From positions 15,676 to 79,675 of the forward strand of contig JBGSWK010000042.1 in assembly GCA_041752475.1 (NCBI GenBank): a stretch of DNA of 64,000 nt, written 5' to 3'. The number at the start of each line of letters is the position of its first letter. The first letter of the stretch is position 1. A program made the position numbers and the translations under genes. Origin of the DNA: Pyrinomonadaceae bacterium (GTDB lineage Bacteria > Acidobacteriota > Blastocatellia > Pyrinomonadales > Pyrinomonadaceae). The notes below the pieces were generated by a model. The model made no database searches and was not told the origin of the DNA. It worked only from the letters and a program-made list of their open reading frames with translations. This document shows positions 1-9,336 of the stretch, in pieces.

Positions 1-371
1 TCGAAAATGGTCACCTGCAGACGATCCTGGTCGAAATGAACGGCAAACTCGTCGGACACGGCAGTTTGCTGCACGAAGAACAGGTTTGGACACGCCACCT
101 TGGCGGTGTGATCCTGCTGCTCTCGCCCGAAGTCCGCGGCAAGGGACTCGGGAACGTTCTTGCCGGTGAACTTTTTGCGCGCGCGGGCGAGTTGAAACTG
201 AGAAAGGTTATGGCGCGAATGGCGGCGTCGCAGAAGGGCGCGATCCAGGTTTTCGAAAAGCTCGGATTCAAGATCGAGGCACTGCTCGCCGACTGCGTCA
301 TTGACCGCAACGACCGGACGCACGACCTGATCATTATGTCGTATGATGTGACAGGACTAACGGAGGAATGA
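1..371 (+). CDS. GNAT-family acetyltransferase, C-terminal part (5' end outside window)
   Basis: Frame open from window edge to TGA 369-371; VRGKGLG acetyl-CoA-loop-like motif followed by EKLGF, typical GNAT core. Confidence 0.55.
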   Translation, partial: ENGHLQTILVEMNGKLVGHGSLLHEEQVWTRHLGGVILLLSPEVRGKGLGNVLAGELFARAGELKLRKVMARMAASQKGAIQVFEKLGFKIEALLADCVIDRNDRTHDLIIMSYDVTGLTEE

Positions 372-480
372 ATTGGGAATTGGGAATTCGGATTTCGTAA
401 GGGCGCCGCCCCCGAATTGGTTTGAAATTGCTTCTCCTGACGATAAATCCGCAATCCCAAATCGCAAATCCAAAATCAAG
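369..480. repeat. Intercistronic GGAATTG/AAATCC element (G/T-rich arm 369-397, A/C-rich arm 445-477)
   Basis: TGAATTGGGAATTGGGAATTCGGATTTCG starts at the upstream stop codon; AAATCCGCAATCCCAAATCGCAAATCCAAAATC ends 3 nt before the downstream ATG (481); arms are imperfect reverse complements. Confidence 0.6.
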
Positions 481-1914
481 ATGTCTGCACCTGAGCTAAA
501 TCGCCGAATGTCTTCGCTTGATGCGGCGTTCCTTTATCTTGAAAAAAAGGAATGTCCGATGCACATCGGGTCGACGACGGTTTTTGACGGCGAGGTGACG
601 CTTGAGGCGTTGACTCAGCACATCGACGAGCGCTTGCACCTGATCCCGCGCTATCTGCAGAAGGTCGTCCCCGACCCTTTCAATATTGGGCATCCGACCT
701 GGGAAACCGACGAAGATTTCGACATCACAAATCACATTTTCGAGATCAAGAGCGACGTGCCGGTCACGCTCGACGAACTTTGCCGGATCGCCGGGGAGCT
801 TCTGAGCCCGGTGATGGACCGCAAAAAGCCTCTGTGGGAGCTTTTCCTGATTCCGAATCTCGAAAACGGTCACACGGGAATGGTCTCGAAGGTCCACCAT
901 TGTATGGTCGACGGCATCTCAGGCGTCGATCTGATCAAGATCTTGTTCGACATCACGCCCGAAGGCACGCCCCCGCCGCCAAAGCCGGCTGCGCCGCCGA
1001 AACTACCGAAACCCGACCCGACGCGCGTTTTTCTCGATTCCCTTCTCGGGGCGATGCAGGAAGGAATGAATCGCTTCACGGAGATGCAGGCCGGATTGCT
1101 TTATATCACGCAGTCGGTTCTGAACCCGCAGAACGCCGAAAAACTTCCGCATCTTTCCGGAGTCTTGCCCGCGGTTTCGACACCCGCTCCGATGCTTCCG
1201 TTCAACGGCAAATGCTCCGGCGAGCGCCGACTTGCGTGGAGCGAGTATTCGTTCGGCGAGGCGCGCGCCGTGCGCAACGTGCTCGGCGGAACGGTCAACG
1301 ACGTCGTTCTGACGCTGCTCAGCGAATCGGTCGCGCGTTATGTGAAAAGCTACGGGCAGCAGGTCGACGGCCGTGTCGTACGGTTTATGGTGCCCGTGAG
1401 TCTGCGCCAAAAAGAACAGCGCGGCGCGCTCGGCAATTTGATCTCGATCCTGCCGGTCGAGATCCCGCTCGATATCGACGATTTAGGCAAACGCTTCAAC
1501 TACGTCCACAAAAAGACCGGATTGATGAAGGAAACGCATCTCGCCGAAGGACTTGGCGTAGTCGGCGCGATGTATTCAATGCTGCCGGCGCCGATCCAGT
1601 CGATCCTCGGAGCGGTAGCCGATCTGCCGTTTCCCCCGTTCAATATGGTCGCGACGAACGTTCCCGGCCCGCAAGTACCGCTGTATCTTGTCGGTAAGAA
1701 GATGACGGCGCATTATCCGTACGTCCCGATCGGTTACGGTCTCGGACTCGGCTGTGCGATCTTTAGTTACAACCAAGTTCTCTATTTCGGCCTCTCATCA
1801 GATGCTCAGGCGATGCCTGACGTTGAGAAGTTCAAGGAGATTCTCGATACTGTATTCGAGGACCTGAAAAACTACGCCGCGGCCCTGGAAATGAAAGCGG
1901 CGGCAGCAAGTTGA
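481..1914 (+). CDS. Wax ester synthase/diacylglycerol acyltransferase (WS/DGAT)
   Basis: HHCMVDG matches the HHxxxDG active site of WS/DGAT; length about 477 aa; start moved to ATG 481 (track ORF begins at TTG 373 inside the repeat). Confidence 0.85.
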   Translation: MSAPELNRRMSSLDAAFLYLEKKECPMHIGSTTVFDGEVTLEALTQHIDERLHLIPRYLQKVVPDPFNIGHPTWETDEDFDITNHIFEIKSDVPVTLDELCRIAGELLSPVMDRKKPLWELFLIPNLENGHTGMVSKVHHCMVDGISGVDLIKILFDITPEGTPPPPKPAAPPKLPKPDPTRVFLDSLLGAMQEGMNRFTEMQAGLLYITQSVLNPQNAEKLPHLSGVLPAVSTPAPMLPFNGKCSGERRLAWSEYSFGEARAVRNVLGGTVNDVVLTLLSESVARYVKSYGQQVDGRVVRFMVPVSLRQKEQRGALGNLISILPVEIPLDIDDLGKRFNYVHKKTGLMKETHLAEGLGVVGAMYSMLPAPIQSILGAVADLPFPPFNMVATNVPGPQVPLYLVGKKMTAHYPYVPIGYGLGLGCAIFSYNQVLYFGLSSDAQAMPDVEKFKEILDTVFEDLKNYAAALEMKAAAAS

Positions 1915-2054
1915 TTTTGGATTTGTGATTTCGGATTTCAGATTTTTTTGACGACCGAAATCACGCCGGATTGAAGATTGGAATACTTGGAATATGGGGT
2001 TTGTGTTGTTATATTGAATTCCGCAATCACAAATTCCCAATCCGAAATCGTTTG
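1912..2054. repeat. Intercistronic GGATTT/AAATCC element (G/T-rich arm 1912-1950, A/C-rich arm 2016-2050)
   Basis: TGATTTTGGATTTGTGATTTCGGATTTCAGATTT (7-nt period) begins with the WS/DGAT stop TGA; GAATTCCGCAATCACAAATTCCCAATCCGAAATCG lies just before ATG 2055. Confidence 0.6.
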
Positions 2055-2825
2055 ATGGACATTTTAGAAGGCGAACTTGAGGTAATTACCGGCTTCGACA
2101 AGGAGATGCGGTCGCACGCGCTTCCGATCTGGTTCGAATCGCTGGTCGGCGTCGATTGGACGCTGCTTCATATTTCACCTGTATATTTTGGTTTCGGTGT
2201 CCCGAAGGGCGACGGGTCGGCGGTTATCGTCGTTCCGGGCTTCCTCGGTGCCGACGTCTATCTTTACGAACTCTATCTTTGGCTCTCGCGCATCGGCTAT
2301 GCCCCGTATCTTTCGAACATTGGCTGGAACGCCGAGTGCCTGAATACACTCAGCGACCGACTGATCGAAACCATCGAACGCGCCTACAAGGAAACTGGCC
2401 GCAAGGTGCATCTGATCGGCCACAGCCTCGGCGGCGTGCTTTCGCGTTCCGCCGCGACCCAGCATCCCGAAATGGTCGAATCCGTGATCACACTCGGTTC
2501 GCCGTTCCGCGGCGTCCGCTCACACCCGCATGTCATCCAACTCGCCGAGAAGATCAGATTGCGGATCTTTCGAAAGGGCGACAAGGCCGAGTATCCGAGG
2601 TGCTACACCGGCCATTGCCATTGCGCGGCGGTTACCGCGCTCCATAATTTTTTCCCGAAGGACATCCGTCAGACGGCGATCTACACCAAATCAGACGGCA
2701 TCGTCGATTGGCAAAACTGCCGCTCGCGATTTGAAGACAACAACTTCGAGGTGACGGGCACCCACATCGGACTGGTTTACAATTTTCAGGTTTACAAACT
2801 GATTGGGCGAAGACTCGCCGAGTGA
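2055..2825 (+). CDS. Alpha/beta-hydrolase, lipase/esterase-like
   Basis: GHSLGG nucleophile elbow (GxSxG); start placed at ATG 2055 after the repeat element. Confidence 0.7.
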   Translation: MDILEGELEVITGFDKEMRSHALPIWFESLVGVDWTLLHISPVYFGFGVPKGDGSAVIVVPGFLGADVYLYELYLWLSRIGYAPYLSNIGWNAECLNTLSDRLIETIERAYKETGRKVHLIGHSLGGVLSRSAATQHPEMVESVITLGSPFRGVRSHPHVIQLAEKIRLRIFRKGDKAEYPRCYTGHCHCAAVTALHNFFPKDIRQTAIYTKSDGIVDWQNCRSRFEDNNFEVTGTHIGLVYNFQVYKLIGRRLAE

Positions 2826-2929
2826 TCTGGCAACCTTCGGGACCCCCACAGAAACTACCGGCTAAAACCTATACGCTATCAGCTACCCCGAATCACTCCT
2901 TCACCGGACGCCTATTCACGACGAAACGG

Positions 2930-3646
2930 CTATCTGAAGACGATGTGACCGTAAAACAGCACGTTGCCGAGACAGTGCGCGAGGATCGGAAGCAGCAGGC
3001 TTCCGCTGACGAAACGGAGCCATCCGTAGGCGATCCCGCCGATCAATGGAACGGCGGCGGAAGCGGCGTCAAACGTCGGTGCTCCGTCTTTGATACCGAT
3101 TCCGTGCCAGATGCCGAAGGTGATGCCGGTGATCAGGACCGCGACCCACGGAATACCGCCGAATCTGGGCTTGCGGTGAATCAATCCGAGCAGGATCGCC
3201 GGCGCAATCCCGCGATAAGCGATTTCTTCGGCAAATCCCGGCATCGTCAACTGAAACGCGATCGTCTCAAACGTCGGCGCGTCGGGCTTGAAAACGAACC
3301 CGATCGAAAGGCTGAGGCACAAGAGAACGAAAAAAGCGACAAACGACCGACCCGCATTGTCTTGCTGAATCTTCAAACCGAGCGCTTCCCGGTCGATCTT
3401 GAGGAGCGAAACGACGGTGACCGACAGCAGCAAGCTGAAGATCTTCCCTTCCAAGTTCCATTTCCCGCCGAGAAAATTGGTCCAATTAAAGACGGCGGGC
3501 AGCGACGTGACGAAGTCGTCAATCCCAACATATACGTCAAGTAAAAGGCCGAAGCCGAAAAGCAAATGTTTGTCGAACCATTTCAGCGCGACAAAAACTG
3601 AAAAACAAACGATCGCAAAGATCGCGGAACCGGCAAGTGCATTCAT
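2930..3646 (-). CDS. CPBP-family intramembrane glutamic endopeptidase (CAAX protease-like)
   Basis: EEIAYRG (EExxxR), FGIWH (FxxxH) and HCLGN (HxxxN) motifs in a multi-TM protein. Confidence 0.75.
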   Translation of the reverse strand: MNALAGSAIFAIVCFSVFVALKWFDKHLLFGFGLLLDVYVGIDDFVTSLPAVFNWTNFLGGKWNLEGKIFSLLLSVTVVSLLKIDREALGLKIQQDNAGRSFVAFFVLLCLSLSIGFVFKPDAPTFETIAFQLTMPGFAEEIAYRGIAPAILLGLIHRKPRFGGIPWVAVLITGITFGIWHGIGIKDGAPTFDAASAAVPLIGGIAYGWLRFVSGSLLLPILAHCLGNVLFYGHIVFR

Positions 3647-3903
3647 CGAACTCTCCCTCGGCCAGTAAGATGCGAGTTCGGGACCCCTTGTTAACAGCGC
3701 GGCGAACCCGGGCTCGCTGCCTTGTGACGACGTTGTTGCGATCTCCGTCTCGACGTTCCAAGATTCAGCGGGAAATTGGATTCCGTGATTCCGAGGCGGA
3801 TTATCGGGCGCTTCGAGTCGTTGCCGATATCGCTGAATGCGTTCCCCGAACCCGAATTTCCCTCGACGTCAAATCACTGGTATCCTTCTCAGAAAAAACA
3901 TCT

Positions 3904-5445
3904 ATGTACAACGTTTCAATCCTTCTTGAAGACAGCGCGCGGAATGTTCCGGAACGAGTGGCCGTGGTCTGCGGCGAGCAGCGTTTCACTTACGCCGAGA
4001 TCGACCGGCTCGCCAACAAGGTCGCCAACGGGCTCAGGCAGATCGGTATCGAGTCCGGCGACAAGATCGCGCTTTCGTGCCCGAATCTACCGTTCTTCCC
4101 GATCGTCTATTACGGAATTCTCAAGGCCGGCGCGACGGTCGTTCCGCTCAACATATTGCTCAAGGCACGCGAGATCGCCTATCACCTCAAGGATTCCGAC
4201 GCGAAAGCGTATTTTTGCTTCGAGGGCACGGCCGATCTTCCGATGGGTGCGGACGGTTTCGCCGGATTCTCCGACGCCGACGAGTGTTTCGATTTCATAT
4301 TGCTGAATCTCGATCCGGCGGGCGCGTCGCCGTACGAGAAATCGTTGACTTTCTGGCAGTTCATAGACGGTCAACCTGACGCGTTTGAGTCGGCGCCGGC
4401 GCGGCCCGACGACCCCGCGGTGATACTCTACACGTCGGGCACGACCGGCCAACCCAAGGGCGCCGAACTGACGCATCTGAATATGATCCAAAACGCGCGT
4501 CTGGCGGACAATATGTACGCCCGGAACCCGCACGACGTGCATCTGATCGCACTGCCGTTGTTTCATTCCTTCGGGCAGACGGTTCAGATGAACGCCGGAT
4601 TCTACACGCGATCGACGCTCGTCCTGCTGCCTCGCTTTACTCCGGCCGGTGCGCTCGAAATGATGCAAACGCACGGCGTTACCTTCTTCGGCGGCGTGCC
4701 GACGATGTACTGGGCACTGCTCAATTTTGTCGGCGCAGACAGTTTCGACATCGCCAAGATCGCAAGCAACCTTCGGCTTTGCGTCGCCGGCGGTTCGCCG
4801 CTTCCGGTCGAGGTCCTCAGGGGATTCGAGTCGAAGTTCGGCGCGAACATCATCGAAGGCTACGGCTTATCGGAAACTTCGCCGGTCGCAACGTTTAACA
4901 AGCCCGGCGAGTCGCGCCCCGGTTCCATCGGTTTTCCCGTTTGGGGAGTTCAGGTGCGGGTCGTCGATGAAATGCAAAAGGACGTCCCGCGCGGCGAACT
5001 TGGCGAGATCATCATCCGCGGCCACAACGTGATGAAAGGCTATTACAAACGGCCCGAAGCGACCGCGTCGGCGATCCGCGTCGGCTGGTTCCATTCCGGC
5101 GACGTCGGACGTTTTGACGAGGACGGCTATCTGCACATCGCCGACCGCGTCAAGGATATGATCATCCGCGGCGGATTCAACGTTTATCCGCGCGAACTCG
5201 AAGAGGTTCTGCACGCGCACGGGGCTGTCTCGCTCTGCGCCGTCGTCGGCGTCCCGAGCGACGAGCACGGTGAAGAGGTCAAGGCCTATATCGTCAAAAA
5301 ACCGGGTGCCGACTCGACCGAAGCCGAGATCATCGCCTGGTGCCGCGAAAATATGGCGAGCTACAAATATCCGCGGATCGTCGAATTTCGCGAATCGCTG
5401 CCGATGACGGCGACGGGAAAGATCCTGAAACGCGAGTTGCGATGA
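3904..5445 (+). CDS. Long-chain fatty acid-CoA ligase (AMP-dependent synthetase)
   Basis: YTSGTTGQPKG AMP-binding motif, GYGLSETS, C-terminal GKILKRELR; start at ATG 3904 (MYNVSILLEDSARN); upstream Arg-rich 89 codons overlap the CPBP gene. Confidence 0.85.
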   Translation: MYNVSILLEDSARNVPERVAVVCGEQRFTYAEIDRLANKVANGLRQIGIESGDKIALSCPNLPFFPIVYYGILKAGATVVPLNILLKAREIAYHLKDSDAKAYFCFEGTADLPMGADGFAGFSDADECFDFILLNLDPAGASPYEKSLTFWQFIDGQPDAFESAPARPDDPAVILYTSGTTGQPKGAELTHLNMIQNARLADNMYARNPHDVHLIALPLFHSFGQTVQMNAGFYTRSTLVLLPRFTPAGALEMMQTHGVTFFGGVPTMYWALLNFVGADSFDIAKIASNLRLCVAGGSPLPVEVLRGFESKFGANIIEGYGLSETSPVATFNKPGESRPGSIGFPVWGVQVRVVDEMQKDVPRGELGEIIIRGHNVMKGYYKRPEATASAIRVGWFHSGDVGRFDEDGYLHIADRVKDMIIRGGFNVYPRELEEVLHAHGAVSLCAVVGVPSDEHGEEVKAYIVKKPGADSTEAEIIAWCRENMASYKYPRIVEFRESLPMTATGKILKRELR

Positions 5446-5468
5446 CGCCGGCAAAGGAAACAAGGCGG

Positions 5469-5495
5469 TTTGCCCGCGAATTTCCGCGAATTTTC
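5469..5495. repeat. Solitary half-copy of the TTGCCCGC-AATTTCCGCG inverted-repeat arm
   Basis: TTTGCCCGCGAATTTCCGCGAATTTTC closely resembles the terminal repeat of the element at 22401-22585. Confidence 0.4.
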
Positions 5496-5565
5496 TTTAA
5501 TCAGGTTCCGACTCGGGCCGATCCAATTTTGCTTCTGGCGTAAGTTAGTGTCAAAACAAACAAAT

Positions 5566-5590
5566 AATTGAGAATTGAGAATTGATAATC
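5566..5590. repeat. Short heptamer run (AATTGAG)x3
   Basis: aattgag aattgag aattgat in the convergent spacer between the CoA ligase and the transporter. Confidence 0.5.
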
Positions 5591-5597
5591 GACCGGG

Positions 5598-7124
5598 CTA
5601 CCTGATCACTCCGGAAAACATCCAGACGAAAGCGATGATCACGACCGCGCCGACGATATCCAGAAGGATTCCGTATCTGACCATTTTCATCAAGGGAATG
5701 TAGCCCGAACCGTAAACAATGGCGTTGCAGGGAGTTGAGACCGGAAGCATAAAGCCGAGGCTGGCTCCGAGCGTCGCTCCGAGCGCCGGTATGAACGGGT
5801 CCTGCCCTTGCGACGTCGCGATCGCGATCGCCACCGGCACCACCATATTCGCCGACGCCGTGTTCGAAGTCGTCTCCGAAACGATCACCGCCACGACAAC
5901 CGATGCAACCAGCAAGCCAAAGCCGCCGCTGAACGGAAGAAAGCCGGTAAGTCCGCGACCGACGGCTTCGGCGAGTCCGGTTTGAAACGAGAGGACGCCG
6001 AGCGCGAAGCCGCCGCCGTAAAGAAAGATCACGCCCCAGTCGATCTTCACGGCGTCGTCCCAGGTGATCGCCTTTTCCCCCTTCTCGTTGCCGGGAAGAA
6101 AGAACAGAAGCATCGCGCCGAGAATCGCGCCGACGGCTTCGGGCATGCGTGAATTCAGGGTTTTGTAGATCGGGCTTTGCTCACCGGCGATGAGCGCGAC
6201 GAGTCCGGGCGTCACCCACAAGAAGATCGTGATGCCAAAAGCGATGACGACCGACTTCTGACCGCGTGTCCAAGCGCCGAGCTTTTCGCGCTCGCGTTCG
6301 AGCATCTCGGCGCTTCCGACGATCTCTTTCACGCCGGCCGGCGCGAGTTTGTTGAGGTAAAACCAGAGGAATAGAAAGAGAACGACGACGATCGGAACGC
6401 CGATCATCATCCACTTGAAGAACGAGATGTCTGCGCCGCCGAGCTGCCGTATGAAGCCGATGCCGATGACGTTCGGTGGGGTTCCGATCGGCGTCGCGAG
6501 TCCGCCGATCGACGCGGCGAAACTCGTCATCAGCATCAGCGCGGTCGCATAATTCCGGCTGATCTTGACGCCGGTTTCCTTTTCCTGGTCCAGAAGAAAG
6601 GCGATGATCGAAAGAGCGATCGCGAACATCATCGCCGTCGTCGCGGTGTTCGAGATCCACGCCGAACTGAATGCAGTGACCGCCCCGAAGGCGTAGAGAA
6701 TGCGCGACGGCTTCGCGCCGATAAGCTTGAGCGAGAGCACTTTGAACGCGAATCGGCGGTCGAGATGATGAACGAAGATCGCGCGGGCGAGGATGAACGA
6801 GCCGATAAACAGAAAGATCAGCGGATCCGCAAACGGCGCAAAGACATCCTTCGCCGGCGCGACCTGAAGAACCACCGCGAACGCCGTCCCCAAAAGTACC
6901 GACGCCGTCATCGGCAGCGATTCGCAGAGCCAGAGGATCACGACCGCCGCCATCACCGCCGCAAGCCGGTGCGCTTCCGGCTTCAGGCCTTCAAACGGCG
7001 CAAAAAGAATCGCCAAAAAAACGGCCGGCGCCAGCACAAAACCCGCCCGCTTGCGGATGCGCTCAAAACGCTCTTCGCCCTCGCTGATCACTTCCCTGAT
7101 TTCAGGTTCCTGAATACTTGGCAT
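5598..7124 (-). CDS. DASS/SLC13-type anion (di/tricarboxylate or sulfate) symporter
   Basis: About 500-aa polytopic membrane protein with internal duplication and GTPPN / SNTA-type hairpin motifs typical of DASS permeases. Confidence 0.7.
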   Translation of the reverse strand: MPSIQEPEIREVISEGEERFERIRKRAGFVLAPAVFLAILFAPFEGLKPEAHRLAAVMAAVVILWLCESLPMTASVLLGTAFAVVLQVAPAKDVFAPFADPLIFLFIGSFILARAIFVHHLDRRFAFKVLSLKLIGAKPSRILYAFGAVTAFSSAWISNTATTAMMFAIALSIIAFLLDQEKETGVKISRNYATALMLMTSFAASIGGLATPIGTPPNVIGIGFIRQLGGADISFFKWMMIGVPIVVVLFLFLWFYLNKLAPAGVKEIVGSAEMLEREREKLGAWTRGQKSVVIAFGITIFLWVTPGLVALIAGEQSPIYKTLNSRMPEAVGAILGAMLLFFLPGNEKGEKAITWDDAVKIDWGVIFLYGGGFALGVLSFQTGLAEAVGRGLTGFLPFSGGFGLLVASVVVAVIVSETTSNTASANMVVPVAIAIATSQGQDPFIPALGATLGASLGFMLPVSTPCNAIVYGSGYIPLMKMVRYGILLDIVGAVVIIAFVWMFSGVIR

Positions 7125-7146
7125 TTAGTTTTGATTAGGAAACGGT

Positions 7147-7190
7147 CCCCAAATAAATCCCAATTCCGAATTCCCGATTTGGGATTTGGG
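7147..7190. repeat. AAATCCC / GGGATTT units in both orientations
   Basis: ccccaaataaatcccaattccgaattcccgatttgggatttggg, 23 nt upstream of the transporter start. Confidence 0.5.
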
Positions 7191-7300
7191 ACAACCCATA
7201 ATTCAGATTGTAAATTCCTGATATTCCAGTTATCAGGTTGCGACCAAAAAACCTAAAGTCGCCAGGAACCTGCTTAACGGTGGTCCGGTGCCGTTTCTGA

Positions 7301-7425
7301 CACAGATAGACACAGATAGATCGGATTGAAGCTGATGCTTCGAGATCAACTTTTCCTGGGGGTTCTCTCTGTCTCCCTTGAGTGAAACAAATCCGCTCCA
7401 TCCGGTCAATCTGTGTTCATCTGTG
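7301..7425. repeat. 125-bp element with CACAGAT-type terminal inverted repeats
   Basis: cacagatagacacagat (7301-7317) vs atctgtgttcatctgtg (7409-7425), 15 of 17 complementary; related CCACATAGGCACAGAGAACACATAG boxes recur at 16.6-17.0 kb. Confidence 0.5.
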
Positions 7426-7481
7426 GAGGAAACGCGATTAGTTTTCTTCAGGTCGGTTTTTCAAAGCTCCCAATTCCGAAA

Positions 7482-8717
7482 TCAGAACACCATTCTCGCC
7501 CGCAGCGTCCCTTTTACTTCGCGCAGGATTTCGAGAGCCTCTTTAGATAGTTCCTGATCGACGTCGAGTATGACGTAACCGATCTCGTCGTTGGTTTTCA
7601 GATACTGGCCGAGGATGTTGATGCCCTTTTCCGAAAGACGCGAGTTGATCTCGGACAGAACGCCCGGAACGTTCTGATGGATGTGCAGAATACGGTGGGT
7701 TTTGTCCTGCAGCGGCAAACTCACCGGCGGAACCGTGTGCGAGCCTTCGGAAGCGCCGAACTCGACGTATTTGATAAGTTTCGATGAGACGTCGAAGCCG
7801 ATATTCGCCTGCGCCTCTTCGGTAGATCCGCCGATGTGCGGCGTCAGGATCACGTTCGGCAAGTTCCGCAGAACGCTCTCGAAAGCGTCGCCGTTCTTTT
7901 CGGGTTCGTGCGGAAAAACGTCGATCGCCGCGCCCGATATCGTTCCGTTCTCGATAAAACGGCGAAGCGCGTCGAGATCGACGACGTCGCCGCGCGAGTA
8001 ATTGAGCAGGATCGATCCCTTGCGCATCAGTTTCAGCGTGTCGTCGTTGATCAAATTGCGAGTGGATTTGTCCGACGGCACGTGCAGCGTGACGATCTCC
8101 GAGATCTCCAGAAGTTCTTTCAGTTCACGGAGTTGGCGCGCGTTGCCGTGCGGCAGCTTGGTGACGACGTCGTAGTAAAAAACATGCATCCCGAGCGATT
8201 CGGCGAGTACCGAGACTTGCGATCCGATGTTCCCGTAGCCGATGATCCCGAGCGTTTTGCCGCGCAGTTCGTAGCATCCCTTCGCGTCCTTCTGCCAGAG
8301 ACCTTTGTGCGCCGCGATGTTTTTGTCGGAAATCTTGCGGATAAGCATCACCGACAGCCCAACGACGAGTTCGGCGACCGAACGCGTATTTGCGTGCGGT
8401 GCGTTGAAGACCGCAATTCCGCGACTCGCCGCCGCCTTGAGATCCACCTGATTCGTCCCGATGCAGAAACATCCGACCGCGAGCAGTTTGTCGGCCGCCT
8501 CGAGCACGCGTTCGGTCACGTGCGTTTTCGAGCGGATGCCGAGAATATGGACGCCTTTGATCGCCTCGACGAGTTCGTTCTCGCTCAGCGCGCCCTTGTG
8601 GCGGGTGATGTCGATGTAGCCGCTGAGACGAAGTTCGTCGGCGGCGGCGTCCGAAATGTTCTCGAGCAGGAGAACCTTGACCTTGCTGCGCGGATAGGAT
8701 GTCGGTTCGGCTTTCAT
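7482..8717 (-). CDS. serA: D-3-phosphoglycerate dehydrogenase with C-terminal ACT domain
   Basis: GIIGYGNIGSQV NAD-binding motif, 2-hydroxyacid dehydrogenase catalytic region, 411 aa with ACT-like tail as in long SerA. Confidence 0.9.
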   Translation of the reverse strand: MKAEPTSYPRSKVKVLLLENISDAAADELRLSGYIDITRHKGALSENELVEAIKGVHILGIRSKTHVTERVLEAADKLLAVGCFCIGTNQVDLKAAASRGIAVFNAPHANTRSVAELVVGLSVMLIRKISDKNIAAHKGLWQKDAKGCYELRGKTLGIIGYGNIGSQVSVLAESLGMHVFYYDVVTKLPHGNARQLRELKELLEISEIVTLHVPSDKSTRNLINDDTLKLMRKGSILLNYSRGDVVDLDALRRFIENGTISGAAIDVFPHEPEKNGDAFESVLRNLPNVILTPHIGGSTEEAQANIGFDVSSKLIKYVEFGASEGSHTVPPVSLPLQDKTHRILHIHQNVPGVLSEINSRLSEKGINILGQYLKTNDEIGYVILDVDQELSKEALEILREVKGTLRARMVF

Positions 8718-8811
8718 ACTATACGGGAATTATAACGATTTGAATCGACGAGTTAAACCGGGCGGCCCGACGCTTTCAATTTCTTCGTGATTTGCAGATA
8801 CTGAAAGCGAT

Positions 8812-9069
8812 ATGTCGAACCTTGCGCAAATCATCGTAATCGTCCTTGTCCTTACCGCGCTGGGCTCGGGAACTCTTCTGTTCATTACACTTAAATACTA
8901 TTGGGGCGAACGCGGCACACCTCCGCCAACGGGCGAGGAACGGAAGCGCCTGCAGGAAGAAGAAGTTCGCCTGCGCGCAAAGCAGCTCGAATACAGCCAA
9001 CGGAACAAATGGGAAACGCGGAGCGATAATTTCTTTGATAACACGAAGGGATCGGCGAAGAAGAACTGA
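8812..9069 (+). CDS. Small membrane-anchored protein, unknown function
   Basis: ATG start, one N-terminal TM helix (IIVIVLVLTALGSGTLLFITL) and a charged Lys/Glu/Arg tail; no recognisable family. Confidence 0.35.
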   Translation: MSNLAQIIVIVLVLTALGSGTLLFITLKYYWGERGTPPPTGEERKRLQEEEVRLRAKQLEYSQRNKWETRSDNFFDNTKGSAKKN

Positions 9070-9273
9070 GCGCGTTTCAATAACCACGTTCACGCCCGGC
9101 CAACGAATTCAGACGACGATTTTCGCCGCCTCCAGACCCACACCCCGCGCCGATCATATCCCAAAATGAATGGGTTTCAATTCACTCCAAATTCGGCTTG
9201 CATATCGGCGCCACAAAACGGCGGACATTGAAACACGCCTTGCGCGTGCTCCGCACGCTAAGTCGACGGCTCG

Positions 9274-9336
9274 TTACTCACCGCTCACTGCTCACTGACC
9301 ACCGCTCACTGACCACCGCTCACCGACCACTGCTCA
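9274..9336. repeat. Heptamer array, 9 units; minus-strand sense reads GTGAGCN/GTGGTCN
   Basis: ttactca ccgctca ctgctca ctgacca ccgctca ctgacca ccgctca ccgacca ctgctca; the last unit holds the lpdA stop codon (tca 9334-9336 = TGA). Confidence 0.8.

Noticed and set aside
3637-3903. 89-codon N-terminal extension of the acyl-CoA ligase ORF
   Set aside because: The Arg/Ser-rich segment overlaps the 5' end of the convergently annotated CPBP gene. The homology-like part of the ligase starts at MYNVSILLEDSARN (ATG 3904).
7836-8735. 299-aa plus-strand ORF, and similar long antisense or alternate-frame ORFs (780-1697, 9772-10770, 24890-25690, 26779-27543, 32604-33659, 33409-34212, 34226-35215, 37205-37954, 49481-50284, 51455-52411, 55599-56660)
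   Set aside because: Each lies opposite or out of frame to a gene with clear family motifs (serA, WS/DGAT, lpdA, DUF1385, methyltransferase, hydroxyproline genes, HDAC, murJ, PBP4). All have Arg/Asp/Gly-rich low-information sequences expected from GC-rich non-coding frames.
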